This document shows, in pieces, positions 1-8,154 of a DNA stretch of 41,155 nucleotides; the first letter of the stretch is position 1, and each line of letters starts with the position of its first letter. The notes under the pieces are model-generated. The model did no database searches and was not told where the DNA came from. It saw only the letters and a program-made list of their open reading frames with translations. The translations under genes and the position numbers were made by a program. Origin of the DNA: Betaproteobacteria bacterium (lineage in GTDB: Bacteria; Pseudomonadota; Gammaproteobacteria; Burkholderiales; SG8-39); assembly GCA_007280315.1 (NCBI GenBank), contig QYQC01000064.1:1-41155 (forward strand), given 5' to 3'.

Positions 1-1
1 G

Positions 2-751
2 CCGGTGGACATGGCGGGCCTGCCGGTGGACCGCGACCGGCTGTATGACATCGCACGCCGCCGCGGCCTGCGTGTAATCGAGGATGCAGCGCAGAGTATG
101 GGCGCCACCTGGGACGGCAGGCGCATCGGCAGCTTCGGCGATCTGGTGGCAATCAGCTTTCATGCAAACAAAAACATCACCACCGCCGAAGGCGGTTGCC
201 TGGTACTCAGCGACAGCGCCGAAACCGATCTATGCACGCGCTTGCGGCTGCAAGGCGTGGTGCGCCTGCCCGACGGCGGCCAGGAAGTCGAGGTTGCGGG
301 CGGCAAGCACAATCTGACCGATATTGCCGCACGCATCGGCCTCGGACAGCTGAAGCAACTGGACGCGTTCACCGCCAGGCGCCGCGCGCTGGTGCGGCGC
401 TATTTCGAACGCTTCGACACCGATTCTGGCTGCGTGCTGCCGCTGGCGGATTACGCCAACTGCAACTGGCATATGTTTCAGGTACTGCTGCCGCTTGAGC
501 GCCTGCGTATCGACCGCGGCGGCTTCATCCAGGCGATGCACCAGCAGGGCATAGGCGTGGGCGTGCATTACCCGGCGATGCACCTGTTCGGCCTGTTTCG
601 CAACCTCGGCTACAATCCGGGCGACTTCCCGCAGGCAGAACGCATCGGTGCCAGCACCGTGACCCTGCCGCTGTTCCCGGCGATGGAGGAGGCCGACGTC
701 GATCGCGTCTGCACCACCGTCGCCGAAGTGATCCGGGCCAATCAAATATGA
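2..751 (+). CDS. arnB: DegT/DnrJ/EryC1/StrS aminotransferase, ArnB-like; 5' truncated by window edge
   Basis: IEDAAQ and PLP-lysine motif SFHANKNITTAEGG, C-terminal LPLFP; overlaps arnC start (ATGA at 748-751). Confidence 0.85.
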   Translation, partial: PVDMAGLPVDRDRLYDIARRRGLRVIEDAAQSMGATWDGRRIGSFGDLVAISFHANKNITTAEGGCLVLSDSAETDLCTRLRLQGVVRLPDGGQEVEVAGGKHNLTDIAARIGLGQLKQLDAFTARRRALVRRYFERFDTDSGCVLPLADYANCNWHMFQVLLPLERLRIDRGGFIQAMHQQGIGVGVHYPAMHLFGLFRNLGYNPGDFPQAERIGASTVTLPLFPAMEEADVDRVCTTVAEVIRANQI

Positions 752-1746
752 ACGTCGATCTCTCTGTCGTGATTCCGGTCTATAACGAGGAGCAGGGTCT
801 CGCAGCCCTGTTCGCGCGCCTGTATCCGGCGCTTGACGCGCTCGGCATCCCATACGAAGTTCTGTTCGTCAACGACGGCAGCCGTGACCGCTCCGCCGCC
901 CTGTTGCGCGAACAGTTCCAGAAGCGGCCGGAGGTCACCCGCGTCATCCTGTTCAACGGCAATTTCGGCCAGCACATGGCGATCATGGCCGGATTCGAGC
1001 AGGTGCGCGGCCGTCGCATCGTAACGCTGGACGCCGACCTGCAGAACCCGCCGGAGGAAATCGGCCGCCTCGTCGTCAAAATGGACGAAGGCTACGATTA
1101 CGTCGGCAGCATACGCCGCATGCGCCGGGACACTGCGTTTCGCCGCTACGCTTCCTCGGCCATGAACATTTTGCGCGAGCGCATTACGCGCATCCGCATG
1201 ACCGACCAGGGCTGCATGCTGCGCGCCTATAGCCGTGAAATCGTCGACGCCATCAACGAATGCCGCGAAGTCAGCACTTATATCCCGGCGCTCGCCTACA
1301 CCTTCGCCCAGCGTCCGGTGGAAATCGAGGTTGACCACGAGGAGCGCGCCGCCGGCGTATCCAAGTATTCGCTGTATCAGCTGATTCGGCTCAATTTCGA
1401 TCTGGTAACCGCGTTTTCACTGGTGCCGCTGCAATTATTCTCGCTCGCCGGCATGATTATTTCCCTTTTGTCCATTCTGTTCGTTGGTTACCTCGCCGTG
1501 CGACGGCTGTTGATCGGACCTGAGGCCGAAGGCGTGTTCACACTGTTTGGCATTGTCTTCTTTCTGCTTGGCATCGCTTTGTTCGGGATCGGCCTGCTGG
1601 GAGAATACGTGGGCCGCGTGTCGCAACAGGTGCGCCAGCGGCCGCGCTACCTGATTCAGGCCGTGCTGGAACAGCGCGAGGCAGAGGCGGCGCTGCTGCG
1701 CCCCGCACCCGCCACGCCTGAGCGCGACGGCAGCGCACCGGGCTGA
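748..1746 (+). CDS. arnC: GT2 undecaprenyl-phosphate 4-deoxy-4-formamido-L-arabinose transferase
   Basis: SVVIPVYNE, VNDGSRD, TLDADLQNPPEEI, two C-terminal TM segments, GEYVGR; arn context. Confidence 0.88.
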   Translation: MNVDLSVVIPVYNEEQGLAALFARLYPALDALGIPYEVLFVNDGSRDRSAALLREQFQKRPEVTRVILFNGNFGQHMAIMAGFEQVRGRRIVTLDADLQNPPEEIGRLVVKMDEGYDYVGSIRRMRRDTAFRRYASSAMNILRERITRIRMTDQGCMLRAYSREIVDAINECREVSTYIPALAYTFAQRPVEIEVDHEERAAGVSKYSLYQLIRLNFDLVTAFSLVPLQLFSLAGMIISLLSILFVGYLAVRRLLIGPEAEGVFTLFGIVFFLLGIALFGIGLLGEYVGRVSQQVRQRPRYLIQAVLEQREAEAALLRPAPATPERDGSAPG

Positions 1747-1787
1747 AACACGGCCTGCCCTTCACCGCCGTCCCTGATTCGATCGTC

Positions 1788-2699
1788 ATGCCCACCGCCG
1801 TCGTCTTTGCCTACCACAATGTCGGCGTGCGCTGCCTGTCGGTGCTGCTTCACCACGGGATAGAAGTGGCGCTGGTCGTAACGCACCGCGACAACCCGCG
1901 CGAAACCATCTGGTTCGACAGCGTGGAAGCGCTTGCGCGCGAGCATGGTCTGCCGGTGATCACGCCGGAAGATGCAAACGATCCGGTGGTCGTCGCGCGT
2001 ATCAGCGCGCTGCGGCCCGATTTCCTGTTCTCGTTCTACTATCGCAGCATGCTTTGCCCGGCGCTGCTCGCCGCGCCAGTGCGCGGCGCCTACAATATGC
2101 ACGGCTCTCTTCTGCCGAAATTCCGCGGACGCGTACCGGTAAACTGGGCGGTGATCATGGGCGAGCGCGAAACCGGCGCCACGCTGCACCTGATGGTGGC
2201 GAAGCCCGATGCCGGCGGCATCGTCGATCAGGAAGCGGTCCCCATAGGACCGGATGACGACGCCGCGGAGGTATTCGGCAACGTCACCGGCGCCGCTGAA
2301 CGCGTGCTGGCGCGCGCGCTGCCGGGTTTAGTCGCAGGCACCCTACGCATCCAGCCGCAGGACTTGAGACTGGGGAGCTACCACGGCGGGCGCAAACCCG
2401 AAGACGGACGCATCGACTGGTCGAGGAGCGCGCAGGAGGTGCACAACCTGGTGCGCGGCGTCGCGCCGCCCTATCCCGGCGCATGTACGCAGCTGGACGC
2501 CACGACACTGCGCATATTGCGCACCCGGCTCGAGCCAAATAGGCGCCCTAGAAGCGGTGCACCTGGGTTATATTTCGAAGCAGGCTCGTTCTTCGCCGAT
2601 TGCGGCGACGGCCAGGTGCTGCGCATCCTGGAACTTGAAGCAGCGGACGGCATGCTCGAGACTGAACGGTTCGCCCGCGAAAAAATTACATTTGCGTGA
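1788..2699 (+). CDS. UDP-L-Ara4N formyltransferase (stand-alone ArnA N-terminal domain)
   Basis: AVVFAYHNVG, FSFYYR, NMHGSLLPKFRGRVPVNW, DAG motifs. Confidence 0.88.
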   Translation: MPTAVVFAYHNVGVRCLSVLLHHGIEVALVVTHRDNPRETIWFDSVEALAREHGLPVITPEDANDPVVVARISALRPDFLFSFYYRSMLCPALLAAPVRGAYNMHGSLLPKFRGRVPVNWAVIMGERETGATLHLMVAKPDAGGIVDQEAVPIGPDDDAAEVFGNVTGAAERVLARALPGLVAGTLRIQPQDLRLGSYHGGRKPEDGRIDWSRSAQEVHNLVRGVAPPYPGACTQLDATTLRILRTRLEPNRRPRSGAPGLYFEAGSFFADCGDGQVLRILELEAADGMLETERFAREKITFA

Positions 2700-2703
2700 T
2701 CAT

Positions 2704-3747
2704 ATGAAAAAAATCCTGATACTCGGCGTCAACGGCTTTATCGGCCACCACCTGTCCAAACGCATCATCGCCAAGACCGACTGGGAGGTCTATGGCATGG
2801 ACATGCAAACCGAACGCATCTCCGACCTGATCGAGGAAAAGCGCTTCCATTTCTTCGAAGGCGACATCACCATCAACAGGGAATGGATCGAATACCATGT
2901 ACGCAAGTGCGACACCGTGCTGCCATTGGTGGCGATCGCCACGCCGGCGACCTACGTAAAAGAGCCGCTGCGGGTGTTTGAACTCGATTTCGAAGCCAAT
3001 CTCCCGATCATCCGCTCCGCCGTCAAGTTCAAGAAACGCGTGGTATTCCCCTCGACCTCGGAAGTCTATGGCATGTGCCGCGACGACGAATTCGACTCGG
3101 AGACCTCCGAACTGGTGCTTGGACCGATCAACAAACCGCGCTGGATCTACTCCTGCGCCAAGCAGCTGATGGACCGGGTGATCCACGCCTACGGCATGGA
3201 GCAAGGCCTCGACTACACGCTGTTCCGGCCGTTCAACTGGATCGGCGCGGGCCTCGACTCGATCAATACCGCCAAGGAAGGCAGCTCGCGCGTGATCACC
3301 CAGTTCCTCGGCCACATCGTGCGCGGCGAGAACATCAAGCTGGTGGATGGAGGCGGCCAGAAACGGGCGTTCACTTACATCGATGACGGCATCGACGCGC
3401 TGCTGAAAATCATCGACAATCCGGCGGGCATCGCGAGCGGGAAGATCTACAACATCGGCAATCCGAAAAACAACTACTCCGTCAGGGAACTCGCGGAAAT
3501 GATGCTGGCACTGGCGCTCGAATACCCGGAATACCGCAGCCACGCAAAGAAGGTGAAATTAATCAGGACCAGCTCGGCGCAGTATTACGGCAAGGGCTAC
3601 CAGGACGTGCAGAATCGCGTGCCGAAAATCACCAATACCTGCAAAGACCTCGCGTGGAAGCCCAAGGTCGATATGCAGCAGGCAATGAAGCATATATTCG
3701 ACTTCTATCGCGGCCACGTCGCCGAAGCACGCAATCTCGTAGATTGA
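2704..3747 (+). CDS. UDP-glucuronate decarboxylase / UDP-4-keto-pentose synthase (stand-alone ArnA C-terminal domain)
   Basis: ATG at 2704 (MKKILILGVNGFIG), PLVAIATP, FPSTSEVYG, YxxxK, RPFNWIG. Confidence 0.9.
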   Translation: MKKILILGVNGFIGHHLSKRIIAKTDWEVYGMDMQTERISDLIEEKRFHFFEGDITINREWIEYHVRKCDTVLPLVAIATPATYVKEPLRVFELDFEANLPIIRSAVKFKKRVVFPSTSEVYGMCRDDEFDSETSELVLGPINKPRWIYSCAKQLMDRVIHAYGMEQGLDYTLFRPFNWIGAGLDSINTAKEGSSRVITQFLGHIVRGENIKLVDGGGQKRAFTYIDDGIDALLKIIDNPAGIASGKIYNIGNPKNNYSVRELAEMMLALALEYPEYRSHAKKVKLIRTSSAQYYGKGYQDVQNRVPKITNTCKDLAWKPKVDMQQAMKHIFDFYRGHVAEARNLVD

Positions 3748-3777
3748 AGCAGATCGAATTTGAAATAAGCGGCTTGG

Positions 3778-4109
3778 TTGGGCTTTTACCCAAGATGGTC
3801 GATCGTGCGCGGATGGCCTTTCATCCGTGCACGATCGACCATCCGCGCGGACGGGCCGCCGTCCGCGCAAGTCCGGGCGCTACAGTTCGATGTCTCGTCC
3901 GATATCTACCGATATCGTCAAATATCCATTGCGCGCTCCGCGCGCCAACCGTGTTTTCCGCGCGGATGAAAAGCACATCCGCACGGAAAACACGGTTATT
4001 GTTAACACCAAACATGCCTTGGGGATTTACCCAAGATCGTCGATCGTACACGGATGGCCTTTCATCCGTGCACGATCGACCATCCGCGCGGACGGGCCGC
4101 CGTCCGCGC
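3778..4109 (+). repeat. Compound palindromic repeat locus 1 (B-A-B), BIME/REPIN-like
   Basis: 91-bp direct repeat 3778-3868 / 4019-4109 (5 mismatches), each with a 22-bp stem and a 10-bp GCGCGGACGG-N4-CCGTCCGCGC hairpin; A unit with 22-bp stem 3947-3997 between them. Confidence 0.9.
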
Positions 4110-4133
4110 CAGGTCGAATAGACACCATTTCCC

Positions 4134-5042
4134 GTGAAACTGGCCCTCAAAATCGACGTCGACACCTATCGCGGCACGCGCGAGGGCGTACCGCGCCTGA
4201 TAGAAGTCCTGAAGAAGCACGAAGCCGGCGCAACGTTTCTATTCAGCCTGGGGCCGGACCACACCGGGCGCGCAATCAAGCGCGCGTTCCGACCTGGCTT
4301 TATGAAGAAGGTGTCCCGCACCTCGGTGCTGGAGCACTACGGCCTCAAGACCCTGCTCTACGGGACGCTGCTCCCCGGGCCCGACATCGGCAAAGGCTGT
4401 GCCGAGATTCTGCGCGGCACGCGCGACGCGGGATTTGAGGTGGGCATCCATACCTGGGATCACGTGAAATGGCAGGATCACGTTGTGGCGCAAGGCGAGC
4501 GCTGGACCGGCGAAGAAATGGGTGCGGCATACCTGCGCTTCTCCGAGGTTTTCGGCGAGCCGGCGCGTATCCATGGCGCAGCCGGCTGGCAGATGAACGT
4601 TCACGCGATGCGTCTGACCCAGCGCCTGGGATTCGATTATTGCTCGGACACTCGCGGCCGCTTCCCCTTCCTCCCCGTCATCCGCGGTGAAATCGTCACC
4701 TGTCCGCAACTGCCGACCACCCTGCCCACGCTGGATGAATTGATCGGCGTGGATGGACTGACCGCAAACAATGTAGCCGCGCACTTGCTCAAATTCTCGG
4801 AAGATCCACTGCCCACCGGCCATGTCTACACCCTGCATGCAGAACTGGAGGGCATGAAACTGCTGCCGGTTTTTGAGTCGCTGCTGATCGGGTGGAAGGC
4901 CATGGGCTTCGAGCTCGTGCCCACGCGCGAGTTGTTCGCCACACTCAGACCGCAGAGCCTGCCCCGGCATGAGCTGGTCATGGGCGAAATTCCCGGCAGA
5001 TCGGGTGCGCTCGCACTGCAAGGAAAAGAGTTTCTCGCGTGA
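4134..5042 (+). CDS. arnD: Polysaccharide deacetylase family, ArnD-like deformylase
   Basis: GTG start; LKIDVDTYRGTREGVP, FLFSLGPDHTGR, HTWDH, PTTLPTLDE, YTLHAELEG. Confidence 0.88.
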   Translation: MKLALKIDVDTYRGTREGVPRLIEVLKKHEAGATFLFSLGPDHTGRAIKRAFRPGFMKKVSRTSVLEHYGLKTLLYGTLLPGPDIGKGCAEILRGTRDAGFEVGIHTWDHVKWQDHVVAQGERWTGEEMGAAYLRFSEVFGEPARIHGAAGWQMNVHAMRLTQRLGFDYCSDTRGRFPFLPVIRGEIVTCPQLPTTLPTLDELIGVDGLTANNVAAHLLKFSEDPLPTGHVYTLHAELEGMKLLPVFESLLIGWKAMGFELVPTRELFATLRPQSLPRHELVMGEIPGRSGALALQGKEFLA

Positions 5043-5917
5043 GCACGTTCTTTCCCGGATTCGCGCGCAGGCAGATTGCCGTAAGCGGGGCCATGATCAA
5101 CCTGGTGCATGGCGGACAAGGTCCGGCGCTGCTATTACTTCACGGCTATCCGCAAACACACTGCATCTGGCATGGAATCGCGCCGCGCCTGGCACAGCGA
5201 TTCACAGTCGTGGCAACCGACCTGCGCGGTTACGGCGATTCGTCCAAGCCGGCCGGATTGCCCGATCACAGCAATTACTCCAAGCGCGCCATGGCCCTGG
5301 ATCAGGTCGAGGTCATGCAGGCCTTGGGCTACCCCGAGTTCCACCTGGTCGGTCACGATCGCGGCGCGCGCGTCGCGCACCGGCTCGCGCTGGATCATCC
5401 GGCGCGCGTGAAGAACCTCGCCGTGTTGGACATTTGCCCGACCGGGACAATGTATACGCGCACCGATCGCGCTTTCGCCAAGGCCTATTTCCACTGGTTC
5501 TTTTTGATACAGCCGGCACCTTTCCCGGAAACACTGATCGGCGCCGATCCGGAATTCTTCATCAAGTACCAGATGGGACGGCGCCACGGCGGCCTGGACG
5601 TGTTCGCTCCCGACGCGATGGCCGAATACTTGCGCTGTTTTTCTGACCCCGCCACTATCCACGCCAGCTGCGAAGACTATCGCGCGGCCGAGTCCATCGA
5701 TCTAGAACACGATGCCGTCGACAACTCGAAAAAAATAGAGTGTCCACTACTCGCATTGTGGGGAAGACATGGGGTTGTCGAACAGCAGTTCGATTGCCTC
5801 TCAGACTGGCGCGCTGTCGCGCGCGACGTGCGCGGCGCGGCTCTGGAATGCGGCCACTATCTGCCAGAGGAGCAGCCCGACGAAGTCGCGCGGCAGCTGG
5901 AACATTTTCTTCTTTGA
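5039..5917 (+). CDS. Alpha/beta hydrolase, haloacetate/fluoroacetate dehalogenase-like
   Basis: HGYPQ oxyanion motif, GHDRGARV nucleophile elbow, YFHW, EDYRA, CGHY. Confidence 0.85.
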   Translation: MSTFFPGFARRQIAVSGAMINLVHGGQGPALLLLHGYPQTHCIWHGIAPRLAQRFTVVATDLRGYGDSSKPAGLPDHSNYSKRAMALDQVEVMQALGYPEFHLVGHDRGARVAHRLALDHPARVKNLAVLDICPTGTMYTRTDRAFAKAYFHWFFLIQPAPFPETLIGADPEFFIKYQMGRRHGGLDVFAPDAMAEYLRCFSDPATIHASCEDYRAAESIDLEHDAVDNSKKIECPLLALWGRHGVVEQQFDCLSDWRAVARDVRGAALECGHYLPEEQPDEVARQLEHFLL

Positions 5918-6011
5918 TGTATTGACGACAAGCACTTACGAACAAATTTGCGTTCCCACCCCGATTCGTCAACAATATTGCCAGACCATCACCAACGGGT
6001 CTGCACATTCA

Positions 6012-6473
6012 ATGGATAAAAAAGAGAAAGTTGGCGATTTTTCACTGCCTTGTACCGGCGACAAACCGTTTCAGCTGTCCGCGGTCGGCGACCAGTTCCT
6101 GGTGCTGTATTTCTATCCCAAGGACAACACCCCCGGTTGCACTGCCGAGAGCGTCCAGTTTCGCGACTTGCACCGGGAATTCAGCGCGCTCGGCTGCGGC
6201 GTCTACGGCATTTCGCGCGACAGTCTCAAATCGCATGAAGGCTTCAAGGCGAAACACGGTCTGCCATTTGATCTGCTTGCCGACACGGACGAGCTGGCAT
6301 GCGGCATGTTCAAGGTGATCAAAATGAAGAATCTGTATGGCAAGAAAGTACGCGGCATCGAGCGCAGCACCTTCGTCCTCGACCGCGAACGGCTGATTCG
6401 GCGCGAATGGCGCGGCGTCAAAGTTCCAGGTCATGTGCAGGAGGTATGCGATTTTGTTAAAACCCTCAAATGA
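6012..6473 (+). CDS. bcp: Peroxiredoxin, Bcp/PrxQ subfamily
   Basis: VLYFYPKDNTPGCT, GISRD, GIERSTF; ATG at 6012 chosen over the upstream in-frame extension. Confidence 0.9.
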   Translation: MDKKEKVGDFSLPCTGDKPFQLSAVGDQFLVLYFYPKDNTPGCTAESVQFRDLHREFSALGCGVYGISRDSLKSHEGFKAKHGLPFDLLADTDELACGMFKVIKMKNLYGKKVRGIERSTFVLDRERLIRREWRGVKVPGHVQEVCDFVKTLK

Positions 6474-6510
6474 CGGTGCGGCATTCGACGAAAATGCCGA
6501 CCAACCACCC

Positions 6511-7929
6511 ATGGCCAAACGCAAGTCCCGCCCCGAATCCGGAAAATCGCTGACCAAACTGTTCGTGCTCGACACCAACGTGTTGATGCACGATCCCACC
6601 AGTCTGTTCCGCTTCGAGGAACACGACCTGTTCCTGCCGATCATGACGCTGGAGGAACTCGACAGCAACAAGAAAGGACTGTCCGAAGTCGCGCGCAACG
6701 CGCGCCAGGCGAGCCGCTACCTCGACGATATCGTAAGCAATGTTGCCGGCAAGATCGACGCCGGCATCAAACTGCAGCGTCATGCCGCGGATCCCGCGAC
6801 GGGCAAGCTGTTCCTTCAGACGCAGGCGCTGGACAGTTCGCTGCCCGAGTCTCTCGCACTGGGCAAAGCCGACAATCACATCATCGGCGTGGTGATGGCA
6901 CTGCAGCGGCAACAGCCGCAGCGGCAGGTCATCCTGGTGTCCAAGGACATCAACATGCGCATCAAGGCACGTGCGCTCGGCCTGCCCGCTGAAGACTACT
7001 TTAATGACAAGGTGCTGGAGGACATCGATCTGCTCTACACCGGCGTGCGCAAGCTACCGGCAGACTTCTGGGACCAGCATGCCAAGGATATGGAATCGTG
7101 GAAGAAAGACGGACACACCTACTACCGCGTCACCGGGCCGTTATGTCGGGAATTGCTGGTAAACGAATTCGTCTATCAGGAAGACGAGCGACCGCTGCAC
7201 GCGATCGTGCGCGAGCGATCCGATCAAACCGCATTGCTGGAAACGATCAAGGATTACACCCACCAGAAAAACAGCGTGTGGGGTATCACGGCGCGCAACC
7301 GCGAGCAGAATTTCGCGCTAAACCTGCTGATGAATCCGGACGTCGATTTCATCACCCTGCTCGGCCAGGCCGGCACCGGCAAAACCCTGCTTACACTCGC
7401 GGCCGGTCTGATGCAGACGCTGGAGAGCAAGGTGTTTTCTGAAATCATCATTACCCGCGTCACCGTGCCGGTGGGCGAAGACATCGGTTTTCTCCCCGGT
7501 ACCGAAGAAGAGAAAATGAACCCCTGGATGGGCGCACTGGAGGACAACCTCGAAGTGCTCAACAAGTCCGACGAGGAAGGCGGCGAATGGGGACGCGCCG
7601 CGACGCGTGATCTGATCAGATCGCGAATCAAGGTGAAGTCGCTCAACTTCATGCGCGGCCGAACCTTTCTCAACAAGTACCTGATCATCGACGAGGCGCA
7701 GAATCTCACGCCCAAGCAGATGCGCACGCTGATCACCCGCGCAGGCCCCGGCACCAAGGTCGTGTGTCTGGGCAATATCGCGCAGATCGACACGCCCTAC
7801 CTCACCGAAGGTTCATCCGGCCTGACCTATGTCGTCGATCGCTTCAAGGGCTGGGAGCACGGCGGTCACGTAACGCTGCAGCGCGGCGAGCGCTCGCGGC
7901 TGGCGGACCATGCGGCGGAAGTGCTGTAG
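6511..7929 (+). CDS. PIN-domain PhoH-family ATPase (PhoH2-type)
   Basis: N-terminal PIN (FVLDTNVLMHD, LVSKDINMRIKA), Walker A GQAGTGKT, GFLPGTEEEK, MRGRT, IIDEAQNLT. Confidence 0.92.
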   Translation: MAKRKSRPESGKSLTKLFVLDTNVLMHDPTSLFRFEEHDLFLPIMTLEELDSNKKGLSEVARNARQASRYLDDIVSNVAGKIDAGIKLQRHAADPATGKLFLQTQALDSSLPESLALGKADNHIIGVVMALQRQQPQRQVILVSKDINMRIKARALGLPAEDYFNDKVLEDIDLLYTGVRKLPADFWDQHAKDMESWKKDGHTYYRVTGPLCRELLVNEFVYQEDERPLHAIVRERSDQTALLETIKDYTHQKNSVWGITARNREQNFALNLLMNPDVDFITLLGQAGTGKTLLTLAAGLMQTLESKVFSEIIITRVTVPVGEDIGFLPGTEEEKMNPWMGALEDNLEVLNKSDEEGGEWGRAATRDLIRSRIKVKSLNFMRGRTFLNKYLIIDEAQNLTPKQMRTLITRAGPGTKVVCLGNIAQIDTPYLTEGSSGLTYVVDRFKGWEHGGHVTLQRGERSRLADHAAEVL

Positions 7930-8154
7930 CGATCCTGCTGGCAACGAATTTGCGCGCTGCGCGCGCCAACCGTGTTTTTGGTACGGATGAAAAGCACATC
8001 CGTACCAAAAACACGGTTATGGATAAAAGCAAGAGCCGTTTCGGGTTTGCTTTTTTCCAAGATCGCCGATTGCGCGCGGACAGGTTCATCGTCCGCGCAC
8101 AATCGGTGATCCGCGCGGACGGGGCGCCGTCCGCGCAAGCAATGGCGCTACAGC
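7923..8154 (+). repeat. Compound palindromic repeat locus 2 (A-B) with 9-bp terminal inverted repeats
   Basis: Perfect 22-bp A stem 7968-8018, B stem 8061-8111, small hairpin 8113-8136; GCTGTAGCG (7923-7931) and CGCTACAGC (8146-8154). Confidence 0.88.

Noticed and set aside
3941-4001. Integron attC interpretation of unit A (stem bounded by AAC...GTT)
   Set aside because: Flanks do not fit RYYYAAC/GTTRRRY, stems lack extrahelical bases, neighbours are core genes and no integrase is present
3778-4109. CRISPR array interpretation of the repeats
   Set aside because: Units are 70-90 bp, alternate between two types, are dispersed at three loci, and no cas genes are present
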